From Balanoglossus misakiensis (Eukaryota > Animalia > Hemichordata): 64,000 nt of DNA. The position numbers were made by a program, and so were the translations under genes. The notes beneath the pieces are model-generated. The model did not search any database, was not told where the DNA came from, and worked only from the letters and a program-made list of their open reading frames with translations. The stretch lies in NCBI GenBank assembly GCA_040954595.2, contig CM082593.2, forward strand, positions 8,875,200 through 8,939,199, in the 5' to 3' direction. This document shows positions 12,941 to 24,515 of this stretch, piece after piece. Each line of letters starts with the position of its first letter. Position 1 is the first letter of the stretch.

Positions 12941-13664
12941 GCAGCTCATAGCTCATTATATATTCACCAATTCAGCTCTCTGCAGCTCTCTGCATTAGGC
13001 TGCAGGATGTCTGTTTCTGCAGAGCTGCCTCAGCTTTTCACCAGCTCTTTGCAGAGCTGCAGGTTTGGTAAGGGTCATCATGCCTCACTGTTATTTTTGG
13101 CAAATTTTCAATAAAAACAAGCAACAAGAAATGCACAGAACAATCACTCTTCCCCCATAAAAGCCACATTACACCAGGATACACTTTGTCAATTGATGGA
13201 GTGTGCGCACATACCATTTTTTCAGATATGACAATATCATTTTGATGAACTGCACTTTCTGGTCTGAAAACGATAATGACATTGCCAAATGTAAACATGC
13301 TTTTTGAATACTGAACTTAAGATTAAAACAAAACCCAAGACTTTGGTGGTGATACAATCTGTCTGTCACACTATGGAAATACACATACACAAAAATCAGT
13401 CATATTAATGCACCATGATATGGCATTCATCTATTCAAGCTCTGCAATTACCTGCTTGAAAGCCCTGTATTTGTAATTACTTGGCCACTGAAATTCCCTT
13501 CTGTCTAAAATTCTCTATACTTGAATACAATAAAAATGAAGCTAAAAAAAGACCATATGCCAGTCATTAATAGACTACAGAATGGCATGCTACTCGAAGT
13601 CAGAGAATGCTCCATAAAATAGGAAACCTAACAACTTCATTAACTTGGTAACTGTGTCTTGTTA

Positions 13665-14601
13665 GGGACCGTTCAGTTTTTACGGCGGGGGGGGGGGGGG
13701 GGGTGGTTGGCAAAACCAGGGGGGGGGGTCACTTAAATTTTGAAGTCCAAAAGGGGGTCATCTGTTTTTTTAAACGTTTAGGGGGGGGGGGGGTCACATA
13801 CTTTTGCCACCGAACTTTTGCTTTTGAGTCCACAAAATTGCAGTTTCGGGCCCTTTATTTTACAAAATTTTCTAAACCCACCCCCTTCATTATCTGCCAC
13901 ATTTCATTTTTTGCTGGTTTGTCTAGTGTACCAGGGCAAAGTGCTTGCCACCCCAACCCCACTGATGATATTATTTAACAAAGTAAATACATAAAGGAGA
14001 ATAATCGTTTAAACCATTTCGCATAACTGATAGTTTCGCGCTGCATCTTCTTTTATAAATGATGTCATGGCGAAGATGACGCCAAATCTTCTAACTTTGA
14101 GTGGAGTGGCAAAAAGTGAAATTGGTCCTCCCAAACATTGAGATAATTTGCTTTTGAGTTCATCAAAATGCAACTTTGAGCACCGTACTTTACAAAATTT
14201 TCTTATGTGGGAGGGGGACACCCCCTCCCACGCACACCCCCGCCACTTTTCTTGTTTTACCAATTCTAGCAACTATTGTATTGACTTGTCATTTTAATTT
14301 GTTCATAGATTTCTTTATTGCAACGATATACTATTATATACTTCAATATTACTTTAAGAAATTTATAATTGAGGTGTGAGGAGCCTCATTCCCTTTATTT
14401 AATACTGTGTCCATAGGATCAGGACGGCGAATGTTTTCGGCGTGGGGGGGGGGGGGGGTCATCTTATTTTTGGGTCTGTCAAAGGGGGGGGGGGCTCATC
14501 ATTTTTTGGTCCTGGGTGAAGGGGGGGGGTCGGCCTGATTTTGAAAACCGATGACACAAACTTGCCCCCCCCCCCCCGGGCTGTAAAAACTGAACGGTCC
14601 C
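13665..14601. mobile_element. Harbinger/Zator-like non-autonomous element, TTA TSD
   Basis: TTA|GGGACCGTTCAGTTTTTAC ... GTAAAAACTGAACGGTCCC|TTA. Poly-G tracts inside. Confidence 0.85.
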
Positions 14602-16160
14602 TTAATTGCACATCTGTCTTTGGAGGAAATGGTCTAAAAGACAGCATGCCCAAAAATCCCTTCCAAATGCATTGAGGAGTCAGTCATTGAAGATCACTGA
14701 CAAGCCAGTGTAATTCCCATTGTTAGAAAGAAATGCCTACTGTACAGTATATAGCAACAGATAAGACTAGCACAAGGCTAATTTGATGAAGATTTCTAGG
14801 TTTTTTTCTTATTTTAATGAACTTGTCCAGCTGCTTGCCCACCTTAGACACTCCCAAACAAGGGACTTTTTGCTGACAAGACATCACTGTTCCTTAAAGA
14901 CAGTGTATCATTTTGTTAATACTTGTATTGTTTTACAGAATTTGAAATTAACAGAAATGTCAGAAACAGGAAACTTACACAAAAGAACACACATTTTCTC
15001 GCAGTTTGTCAGGAGTGTGACTGGCACCTAAATGTAAATGTACAAAGGATGCTTATACGCAAACTTGCAAACTTTTGACTGAACTTTTAGGGATGAATCC
15101 AAGTATTGAATAATGATACAAAGTAGCATCGATACATTTTGCGTTGAACATGCATGAAAATCCAGTCCAGTGCACCAGCTTGTCATTTGCTCTCAAGACT
15201 TGGTCCGAGAAGGAACTGTTGTACAGTATCCCTTTGGTGGTTTCAGGCAAGGGAATAAACAAGCTTCACAGATCCTCCAGCAAAGAGGTAAGACTTAGTG
15301 TTACTTGCCCATTCTACTGTACACAAGTACAAGCTATTCCTGAACAAACCATACTAATATATGCAAAATCTTAGTTCTAACAAACATTTGGTTCTTGCAC
15401 AAAACAGTTTCCATCATTTTAAGGAATATCGCGCCTCGATCATTTTAGTTGTTTGCGCAGGTTTCTGCAGAGTTTAAAAAGTTGAATATGCTCTGTGAAA
15501 AATACATGACCCTTTTGTATTTTTGCATGTCCACCTGATCATAAAATCTGAATGCTTCAAACAACTTTTTCCTTAGGGGAATCTCTCTTTAAAAGTTTAT
15601 GATATGTACCATATAAATAAGGACTTCTTTGCTGACAAACAATGACAAACATTTTCCTGTGTTGTAAATTATTAGTCCAAAAACTTTTATTTCATGATTT
15701 CTTCTTCGACTTGTCTTGCCTTTGTAGTAATCTTTTCATTATCTCAGTGAGACTTTATGTGCCTTTAGTATTTAATGCCCACCTGATATGCACAGAACCA
15801 GGGCTTGATTTTATCCCTGTTATGTCAGTTTGACAAATCAACTTGTTACAACTCGCACATTTGCTAATCATACATACATCATATGTCTTATTACAGAGCT
15901 TATAAAGATGAAGAGACAGTAAGAGAAAAGCGTCAAAATCAAGAAAAGAAAACAAGTAATAACAAAATAGGTATGATCATTGTTTGGTAGTTTTTTTAGT
16001 AGACTCAAATCCAAGTAGCTCATGTATTTTGGCAGCTAAGTAAAAAAACTGCCATGTTAACTTCTATATTTAATTCTGGAAACAACAGTTCTAAACAATT
16101 TCCTCATAACAATGTTACGTAAAAACTACTAGAAGTAACAGTAATCAGATGATGGATTAA

Positions 16161-16506
16161 AGGGACAAAGTCTCTCTCCAGCTGTCCCTTTTTCCATTAA
16201 TTATGTTTGATACAAGACGTCATTTATGTTAATGTATATGTGGATATATAGTCAATCAATGATCAACCACACAAAACTTCCATCCCACTTGTATGATATG
16301 AGAGTAAAAACTCGCCCAAAATGAATAAATGGTAAAGAACGATTATTCATTTTGACGAGTTTTTTCACTCTCCTGTCTATAAGAGGGATGGAAGTTGTGT
16401 GGTTGAACGTTCATTCACTATATATCCACATGTCGAATAACAAACAGCGTCTTGTATCAAATATAATTAATGGAAAAAAGGGCAGCGAGAGAGAGATTTT
16501 GTCCCT
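16161..16506. mobile_element. Kolobok-type palindromic MITE, copy 2
   Basis: TTAA|AGGGACAAAGTCTCTC ... TTTGTCCCT|TTAA. Confidence 0.9.
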
Positions 16507-18033
16507 TTAAAAAGTAAAATTTTATTTCCAGTGTTTTCCAGACAAAGTTGTAGTGTAGTGCTGTGAGGTTATTTTTGTATACAACATGTATTTGTTAGAT
16601 TTGGGACTGAAATTTTCGCATGTTTGCGATACTCTCGGTTGCTATAGCAACCAAGCCCTTTTGCAGCCTATCCTGTGCTGTTAAAGACGCCCAAAATCCA
16701 TGATTAACTTCCTGTGTCTGAACAATTTGCATGGTGAGCCCCTATTTTTTTGCCTTGAAATTATATATTTCAAACAATGTATCTACCAAGTTTTTAAACA
16801 AGTCTTGAAAGGTAAACAAAATTATACAAAAGTGGATTTATAGGCAATTCTGTGTTTAATTTAGTGGTTGTATTGATGTGCGATTGCCATACTGAACAAG
16901 ATAAAATCTCAGAATTGCTTTAAAAAAATATTTTCGACCTTCCAAGGTATGAAGAACTCACTGATTTTATTCTGTGTGACCTTGACCAGTTCAATTCTAT
17001 CATAAATATCATGCTGATAGTGCCTATAGTTCATGCCGTGCTAACATGCCCCCCCCCCCTGAAAATTATTCATTCCAAGCACTTTGAGTGGCCATTTTTG
17101 TGTTATGTTATTTTTATTTTATTAGTTTATCTTTTCACAAATTATATTTATTTTTTCTGGTTGAACTGATGGAGTGATTACAGTACTTTGACACCCGTCT
17201 ATTTTCAGATTATACCAGTCTATTTCATACATTGAATTTACAAAATATTAGATCTTTTAGATTTCTCTGGTGCGATTGCACTATTTTCCAACCTCCTATT
17301 AACTATATCAGTACATTATGTATTGTATTCATTACCATTCAATGTAAAAAGGGAAGTGAACTGAAGTGAATAAATTGAAATTGAAATTCAAAAAATTAAG
17401 TGGTGACAAGGGACACCCTTGTCAAATCCCTTGGGATGGATAATATTAAGAGGAAACATAGCCATTATTTAAAGCATATAGATGACTATACATGTACATT
17501 GTTTTAAATAAGTTAGTTGTTAAGTGATTACTGAACTTGAATTTCTCTAGCGACTAAAAAGTAAACAAAAAAAACTAATAGTCAAATATATCAGAAGCTT
17601 TACTTGAATCTGAAAAAATAAGATTAAGTTGATGGTAGGATGTCATATGCTTATAGCACTTAACTGCAAAAATAATGTCATCCATTACGACTTATGGGAT
17701 AGGATCGAAAACCATACAATTTACATGTTACAGGCCAAACTTCCCTATAAATAGGGGTAGCCGGCTACAGACAGAGTCGAACTGATACATGATCTAAAGA
17801 AATAAGACATGTGGTCGATTATTTATCATTTCAGTAATTCGACTTACGTTCTTTTAAATTCCTATTCATGTTTGACAAGCATCAACGCCCCCCCCCCAAA
17901 AAAAAACATGTCTAAACTGCGATCGCGATTGTCGTCTAAACACAGCGGATATTTTCGTGTGGTTAATTACTCTGGGTACATTTTGATTGCATTGGTTGTT
18001 ATTCATGTGTGTAATTTATGTACTGCAAGTTAA

Positions 18034-18380
18034 AGGGATAAAGTCTCTCTCTCGCTGCCCTTTTTCCATTACTTATGTTTGATATAAGACATTGTTTATG
18101 TTAATGTACATGTGTATATGTAGTGAATGAACGTTCAACCACACACAACTTCCATCCCACTTGTATGATATGAGAGTAAAAACTCGGCCAAAATGAATAA
18201 ATGGTAGAGAACGATTATTCATTTTGGCGAGTTTTTTCACTCTCGTGTCTACAAGCGGGATGGAAGGTGTATGTGGTTGAACATTGACTCACTATATATC
18301 CAATGTACATTAACATAACGTGTGTCTTGTATCAATTATAATTAATGGTAAAAGGGCAGCGAGAGAGAGACTTTGTCCCT
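18034..18380. mobile_element. Kolobok-type palindromic MITE, copy 3
   Basis: TTAA|AGGGATAAAGTCTCTC ... GACTTTGTCCCT|TTAA. Confidence 0.9.
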
Positions 18381-19821
18381 TTAAGTATCTCAACTAGCCT
18401 AATGTTTGACTAGGAGGAGAACGTATACTATTTCGAGAATCAGTTGCGCCTTTAAATGGTGTTGTGATCCTGTATTTACCCCTATAACTGGTTTAGTGAC
18501 CATAATTGATTTGCAAATCACTTTCTACCGTTTCTTGTTTCAAATATCATAATCTGAAGTTATCGTAGTGTTCTAAAATCATTATTTGGTGGGTGAGATT
18601 ATCTGAATTGGCAGCCATTTTGTAAAATGGTTTCTATGGAAATCATTAAAGGTACATGAGCTGCACCTGGATAAAAATATTAAAGTGTTAAATAACCTCA
18701 TATATGCTTTTAATTATGTTTATTACATATGTACCGTCGATTACTTGCACTGAGCGCGCGCGTAACATCCGTACTGGCACTCAGTGCAATACCAAAAACA
18801 TTATGCCATACCTGTATGCAAATGAGTTTGATGCCGGAACTACTTATGTTTGTAAATAAACATCCACGTAAACAGATCAGAAATTGTCGTCTGCTAGCTT
18901 TCACTGTCCTTGAGTTTAACGTTTCGCGATGGAAGAAGACATGTATACAGACAAAAACTACAACAAGGAAAACTGTATTTTTTTATCTCAACGGGATGAA
19001 GACTTTTACTATCCCAAGGACATGATTTTTCCGATTTCGACTGTTGAACAGCAACAATTATCGACCCCGCAACCAACATCATCGGCCAGCAATGCGAATA
19101 ACAACAACGCAGCTACAACTTCAACCACAAGGGACCCGAGGTTTGTCCGCGTAACTTCCGAAGAGGTGGACAAACAAATCGCGCAGCAGAAAAACCCCAA
19201 TACAGCCAACAAGACCAGGTGTGAAGTAGCCGTTTTCAACGACTGGAAAATCAACATGACCGAGGAAAGGCGACCGATTCACGAAATACCACCCGGTGAG
19301 CTTGATAATCTACTCGCGTCGTTCTTCTGGTCGGTACGCATGAAAAACGGAATGGAATATGAGCCAGATTCATTATCGAGTTACCAGAAAAGCATCGATA
19401 GACATTTGCGAGAAATGGAGTACCCACAAAGTGTAATACGTGACGACCATTTCAAAAAAAGCCGAGAGGCACTGGCCGCCAAACGTAAAAAATTAAAAGC
19501 AGAAGGTAAGGGGAACCTGCCGCGCAAATCGTCCCCAATTACGGAGGCGGATGAAAGAAAGCTAGTCGAAAGCGGTCATTTAGGTACCGCCACCCCCGAT
19601 TCCATCATCAACACCATATGGTATAACAACACGAAGTTGTTTGGACTGCGGGGGAGTAATGAACACCACCAGATGAAATGGGGCGACATAATTGTAAAAC
19701 AAGACCAGCGCGGGGAATATTTAGAATATAACGAGCGGGTGACTAAAACCCGTAAAGGCGAACCAGGGAATACCCGGCAATTTCTACCGAAGGCATACGG
19801 GACCCCAGACAGCCCTGCTAC

Positions 19822-19895
19822 TAGCTCTGCGTGGCAGGGCTGTGTTGTTACGGCGAGGTCTCGCCGTAACAACACAGCCCTGCCACGCAGAGCTA
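19822..19895. mobile_element. 74-bp perfect-hairpin MITE, TAG...CTA ends, 9-bp TSD (AcademH-like)
   Basis: 36-bp arms TAGCTCTGCGTGGCAGGGCTGTGTTGTTACGGCGAG + GT + exact reverse complement. CCCTGCTAC at 19813-19821 and 19896-19904. Causes the YR frameshift. Confidence 0.9.
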
Positions 19896-20208
19896 CCCTG
19901 CTACATGCCCCGTCCGAGTATTCAAAGAATACGAATTTCGAAGGCCGCAGAAGATGAAAGACCCTGCTTCTCCATTTTACCTCGGCATCCAGACGCTGTC
20001 ATCCAGTCTGGAATGCGTTATATGGTTTCGAGCGCAGCCCATGGGACGGAACAAGATCGACACCATAATGAAACGTATGTGCACATCAGCTGGTCTCGAA
20101 GGAAAATTAACCAACCACAGTGCCAGAAAAACATCCATAACTTGGCTACTACACGCAGGCGTTCCACCGAATACCGTAGTTCAGTTGAGCGGCCACAAGA
20201 ACGTAAAC

Positions 20209-20973
20209 TACGGTGGACGATACCGACACTCCTCTGCTATGCTAAGTCGGCCTCCTCTGCTATGCTAATTCCTCCTCTGCTATGCTAATTCCTGCGATGA
20301 TATGCTAAGTCCTGCGATGATATGCTAATTCCTGCGATGCTAACTGAATCTGATCTGCTGTCGACCTCCTCTGCTATGCTATGTCTATCTGCGATGCTAT
20401 GCTAAGTCCTGCGATGCTATGCTAATTCCTGCGATGCTAACTTAATCTGATCTGCTGTCGACCTCCTCTGCTATGCTATGTCGATCTGCGATGCTATGGT
20501 AATTCCTGGGATGCTATGCTAATTCCTGGGATGCTAACTTAACCGGAAGTACTGGAGTACATTTTTCCGAACAAACATACGCTCGTCTCACATGCAGCAG
20601 ACTTGCTGTTTGGCGACTGATTTGGCCGATCGGAGAAAGCGGTAAGTGATAATAGAAATAATATATGAATATCTTATCCATAAAATTTGTTTCGAAGATA
20701 CGGATTTTGTAGGCGGCGACAACGTCTGCAATTAGAGGCGATCGTTTCCCCACTTTCCAATCCTTGAAAGCAAACTTCATTTGCGGTCCTACTAATTACT
20801 GCCTGTAGCTGCCCGTCATTTTCTGTGGAAATTGGCTGATGATCAGTTTAGCCCAATATGATGAAACAAATATCGTGAAAGATTTTTCAAGGAGTCTTTT
20901 TTCTTAGACTGACTATTGGCTAAACGTTATATTTAGAGGTTAAACGGCTGCCAGAGGGTATTTGGGTGCGGGA
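20209..20973 (+). repeat. Left TIR of IS3EU element; outer ~330 bp is an array of ~20-bp CTCTGCTATGCTAA/CCTGCGATGCTA units
   Basis: Reverse complement of 52049-52813 with few mismatches. Confidence 0.93.
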
Positions 20974-21246
20974 CCTCTCATGTGAAAATTAGCATATTTG
21001 GCGGGAAATAATCACCGAGCGACTGCCTGTAGCTGCCCGTCATTTTCTGTGGAAATTGGCTGATGATCAGTTTAGCCCAATATGATGAAACAAATATCGT
21101 GAAAGATTTTTCAAGGAGTCTTTTTTCTTAGACTCACTATTGGCTAAACGTTATATTTAGAGGTTAAACGGCTGCCAGAGGGTATTTGGGTGCAGGACCT
21201 CTCATGTGAAAATTAGCATATTTGGCGGGAAATAATCACCGAGCGA
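20798..21246 (+). repeat. 224-bp tandem duplication over the inner end of the left TIR
   Basis: ACTGCCTGTAGCTGCCCGTC...AATCACCGAGCG at 20798 and 21022. Confidence 0.9.
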
Positions 21247-21515
21247 AGTGTTATAGAATTTCTAAAGTCGCACGACTTTATCCATGTTATCCCACATCCA
21301 GTAACTTGAATAAAGTGTGTTCTCTTGTATGTGTTCCATTTCTAAATTATTCACTGTTCTTGGTCCATTTTTTTTGCGAGAATATAAACCCTGGCTCTTG
21401 CCAATCAGCAAGCAGGATTCACACCAAGCATATTATAATAAAGTCATGAAACTAATGGATCCCTCTGTTTCTGTGTCTTGTAAGTTGTCTTTTGTCTTTA
21501 TTCATCTCCCAACAG

Positions 21516-21777
21516 AACATGTTCCTGTACAAAGTATGTCATACCTTTACTGCAGAGAGCAGTACTGAACTGTCTATGAAAACGGATGATATCATTGAAG
21601 TTGAGGGGTTACCATGGAAGTTCCATGGTACCCCTCAACAGCCAAGAGGTTGGCTTGTTGGCAAACGGAGAGGTGGGGAGTTTGCTGGGTCCTTCCCAGC
21701 AAACTTTGTTCATTACCTGGGGGAGAAGCTATCAACGCCCACGCCACCAACGCCGCCTTTGCCAGTCAGACAAAACA
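21516..21777 (+). CDS. SH3 domain + proline-rich exon resembling the PI3K p85 N-terminus (IS3EU cargo)
   Basis: Acceptor CCCAACAG, ATG at 21519, donor GTAAGT. FLYKVCHTFTAESSTELSMKTDDIIEV...RGWLVGKRRGGEFAGSFPANFVHYLGEKLSTPTPPTPPLPVR. Confidence 0.8.
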
Positions 21778-22935
21778 GTAAGTATGTTGTCTTTAACAGA
21801 AACAGATACACATTTTCTATATTAATTAAGAACACATGTTCAGTAACCACATCTGATTTGTAAGTAAACTGTCCATTTTGAGAAAAAAAGTGTCTGGTTT
21901 AGGTAACCTTCAATTGTAGACTTTGAACAAAGAAAGTCTCTGGCTCAGAAGTATTGGTAAACCAGTCCATATGAAAAAGGGAAGGAAAGGGAAAAAGAAG
22001 AGGTATAAAACTGTTTTTGGGTCCCATTTGGTATATATGTATATTTAATACCATAGGACATTATGGGATCGGTTGTGACTGTATGGATGTGTGTATGTCC
22101 ATCCACATCAAAAACTTAAAAACCACTTAGTGTATCAGCATGTAGATTTATGCGTGGCTGCAGATGGGATTTTGTTCAAATGAAGTTGTAATTACCTACC
22201 GTAAAATATGCAATTTAGCTGCGAAAATGTGGAATTGGTCAAAACTCACCCACCGTGTCCTTGACGCGATCTTCACGAATGTGGTCACGAGATGAGTCAT
22301 GTGGTAAAGTGGGTTCATAAGCTCATGTCCTCTATAATCCACTGGTTTTTTACAGGGACATTTTTGGAGATAAAAAAAAATAAATACCAGGAGAAAGAAG
22401 CCACCACAAACTGTCAAAGTATGCTTTGGTCCCTGTGTTCCGTTCATGATTATTGCTTTTCCAACTGCATGCATGGCTAATGAATATAATAAGTTTAATT
22501 GACCTGCATGATGTTCATTGTTTTTTGCATGAAAAATAGGTTAACAAATATTTTACCTGTTATAACATAAGATTGAAAGAGCCTTGATTGTTTTTAGATG
22601 CTTTTGCATATTTTGAACCATGGGACAACACATTCCTACATAATCAAAATTAAAATGTTGCTCAATTTTTGTTGTATGCATTTTTTTCTACTATTATTTT
22701 TAACACTATAATAAGTGTTAGCATCATATGTTAACACAATTTTAAAATAGAAATTAGCTTACTTGTTGCTGTTATGCAAATGCTCTTTGGACAACTGTTA
22801 TCCCTTTTCGATTTCTACTATTAAATCATCTCATTAAAACATCATTTATGAGACAAATGTATCACTAATGTTACTGGGTAGAGAAGGACACAGAATAATG
22901 TTGGTTTAGTTAAATGTTTAAGTCTGGATTCCATG

Positions 22936-23046
22936 ATTATCACAGGCAAGAATAGGGCAGTAAAGGGTGACTGTCCTAAATTGCTAGTTGATTATCACAG
23001 GCAAGAATAGGGCAGTAAAGGGTGACTGTCCTAAATTGCTAGTTGA
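22936..23046. repeat. 54-bp tandem duplication
   Basis: GATTATCACAGGCAAGAATAGGGCAGTAAAGGGTGACTGTCCTAAATTGCTAGTT twice. Confidence 0.9.
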
Positions 23047-23645
23047 CATCAGGGCTCTCATTCTAAGATCTGTTGTATTCAAGGTTGCCAAAAAATTGTT
23101 TTTTGACTTACGTTTGCATGCCCATAGTAGTTGATTCTGATTTTTGTAATTATTTTGATATGTAGACAGTATGTATTTTGTGTCCATGTTCATCAGAAGA
23201 GTTCAACAGGTTTAAGGTGTCAACTTGTTATTTTTTAGCTTATGATTAGCATCTGTCTGTTTTCCTTTGGCACAACTGCATGCCTGACCATTTTAATGAA
23301 ACTTATTTTGAGAGTAGACAGGATGACCTGTACCAGTTTTACACTAAATCCTATAAAATGTAAGCGCAGTTTCCTTCACATAACTCATTAACTTGTTCAA
23401 AATATTAAGTTTGATCAGAGATCAACAGTTTTGCAAAAGTAATAAATACAGGTGAAAATATACTGTTGATTTACTCTGGAGAACATGATGCATATATTTT
23501 GGTTAAAAGTTGTTCGGGTTTATGTGCCCGGTAAGCCCTTTAAAAAGTTTGTTCTGTATTGTTTCTTTACAGATTACAAAAATAAGTGTTTGCAGCAAGC
23601 AAACCTGCTAACTAACTGCATTCTCTTTGGTTTTGCATGTTGTAG

Positions 23646-24476
23646 GTTAGCGTTGGTGTTCTCATCCTAAGAGGGGAGAAATTGGCTGCATCGAGGAGTT
23701 GCCTCACTGGGTTCTCTGTGGTGATTGAAGTACCTGAAACAGGTTGGTATCTTTATTCATAGTTTTCTTTGGTACAAAAGTAGGTGTATATAAGCATCAT
23801 ATGCTATCTTTTTTTATACAGGCTGATGAACGTTTTAATAATTACTTTCGAAACTACCACACTGACGTTGTCTGAACTTTCTATCTTACAGCCAATTTGG
23901 AAACTATAACAAAAACAGTAATAGAGGCACAACAACAACAGAACCAATATTTTGACTCTGATTCTAATTATGTGCTGTTGTATAAAGATTACTCCGAAGT
24001 GAAGCAGGGATTTATTCTGCACGATTACAAAATAAAAGTGAACTTGCCGTACAGCAGGCTCACTTTTTATATTTGTGAGAGCGATGTGTATGAAGGTAAG
24101 CTGATATTGTCTGAGCCAATGAGGAAAAAAAACAAGTCTTTGTTTCTCAGTTTTTTTGAGAAAAATAACAGGGCCTGCAAGTTACACCAATATTTGTTTT
24201 CCACTTGCATGTGATTTACAAGATAACCTCATCACACCTTTTAAAAATTAATTGGAGGAAAATGTAACGGCAAACAAAGATGTAGTTTTCTGCTGAATTA
24301 TACACTTTATAATGAAATATGAACACCTCACTCTGAGCATTAAAATTGAAAGGAGACTGAAGAGCAATTTATTTTAAAAAGTAGCAAAATACAATGCATT
24401 TTTGATCACAAATATTCAGATGACGCATACTTGTAGCTTGCATTGTTTGGACAAGGTAAAAGCCATATATTCATAC

Positions 24477-24515
<39 letters not shown>

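Noticed and set aside
12686-12998. Repetitive ORFs GRPLADNPQL / SCGLSARGLP
   Set aside because: Produced by the 33-bp tandem repeat; no other coding evidence.
20230-20540. Short regular repeats resembling a CRISPR array (also 52490-52795)
   Set aside because: No unique spacers, no cas genes, eukaryotic context; they are TIR sub-repeats.
20514-20780. Identical 88-aa ORFs at 20514-20780 and 52242-52508
   Set aside because: Consequence of the TIRs; no recognisable domain.
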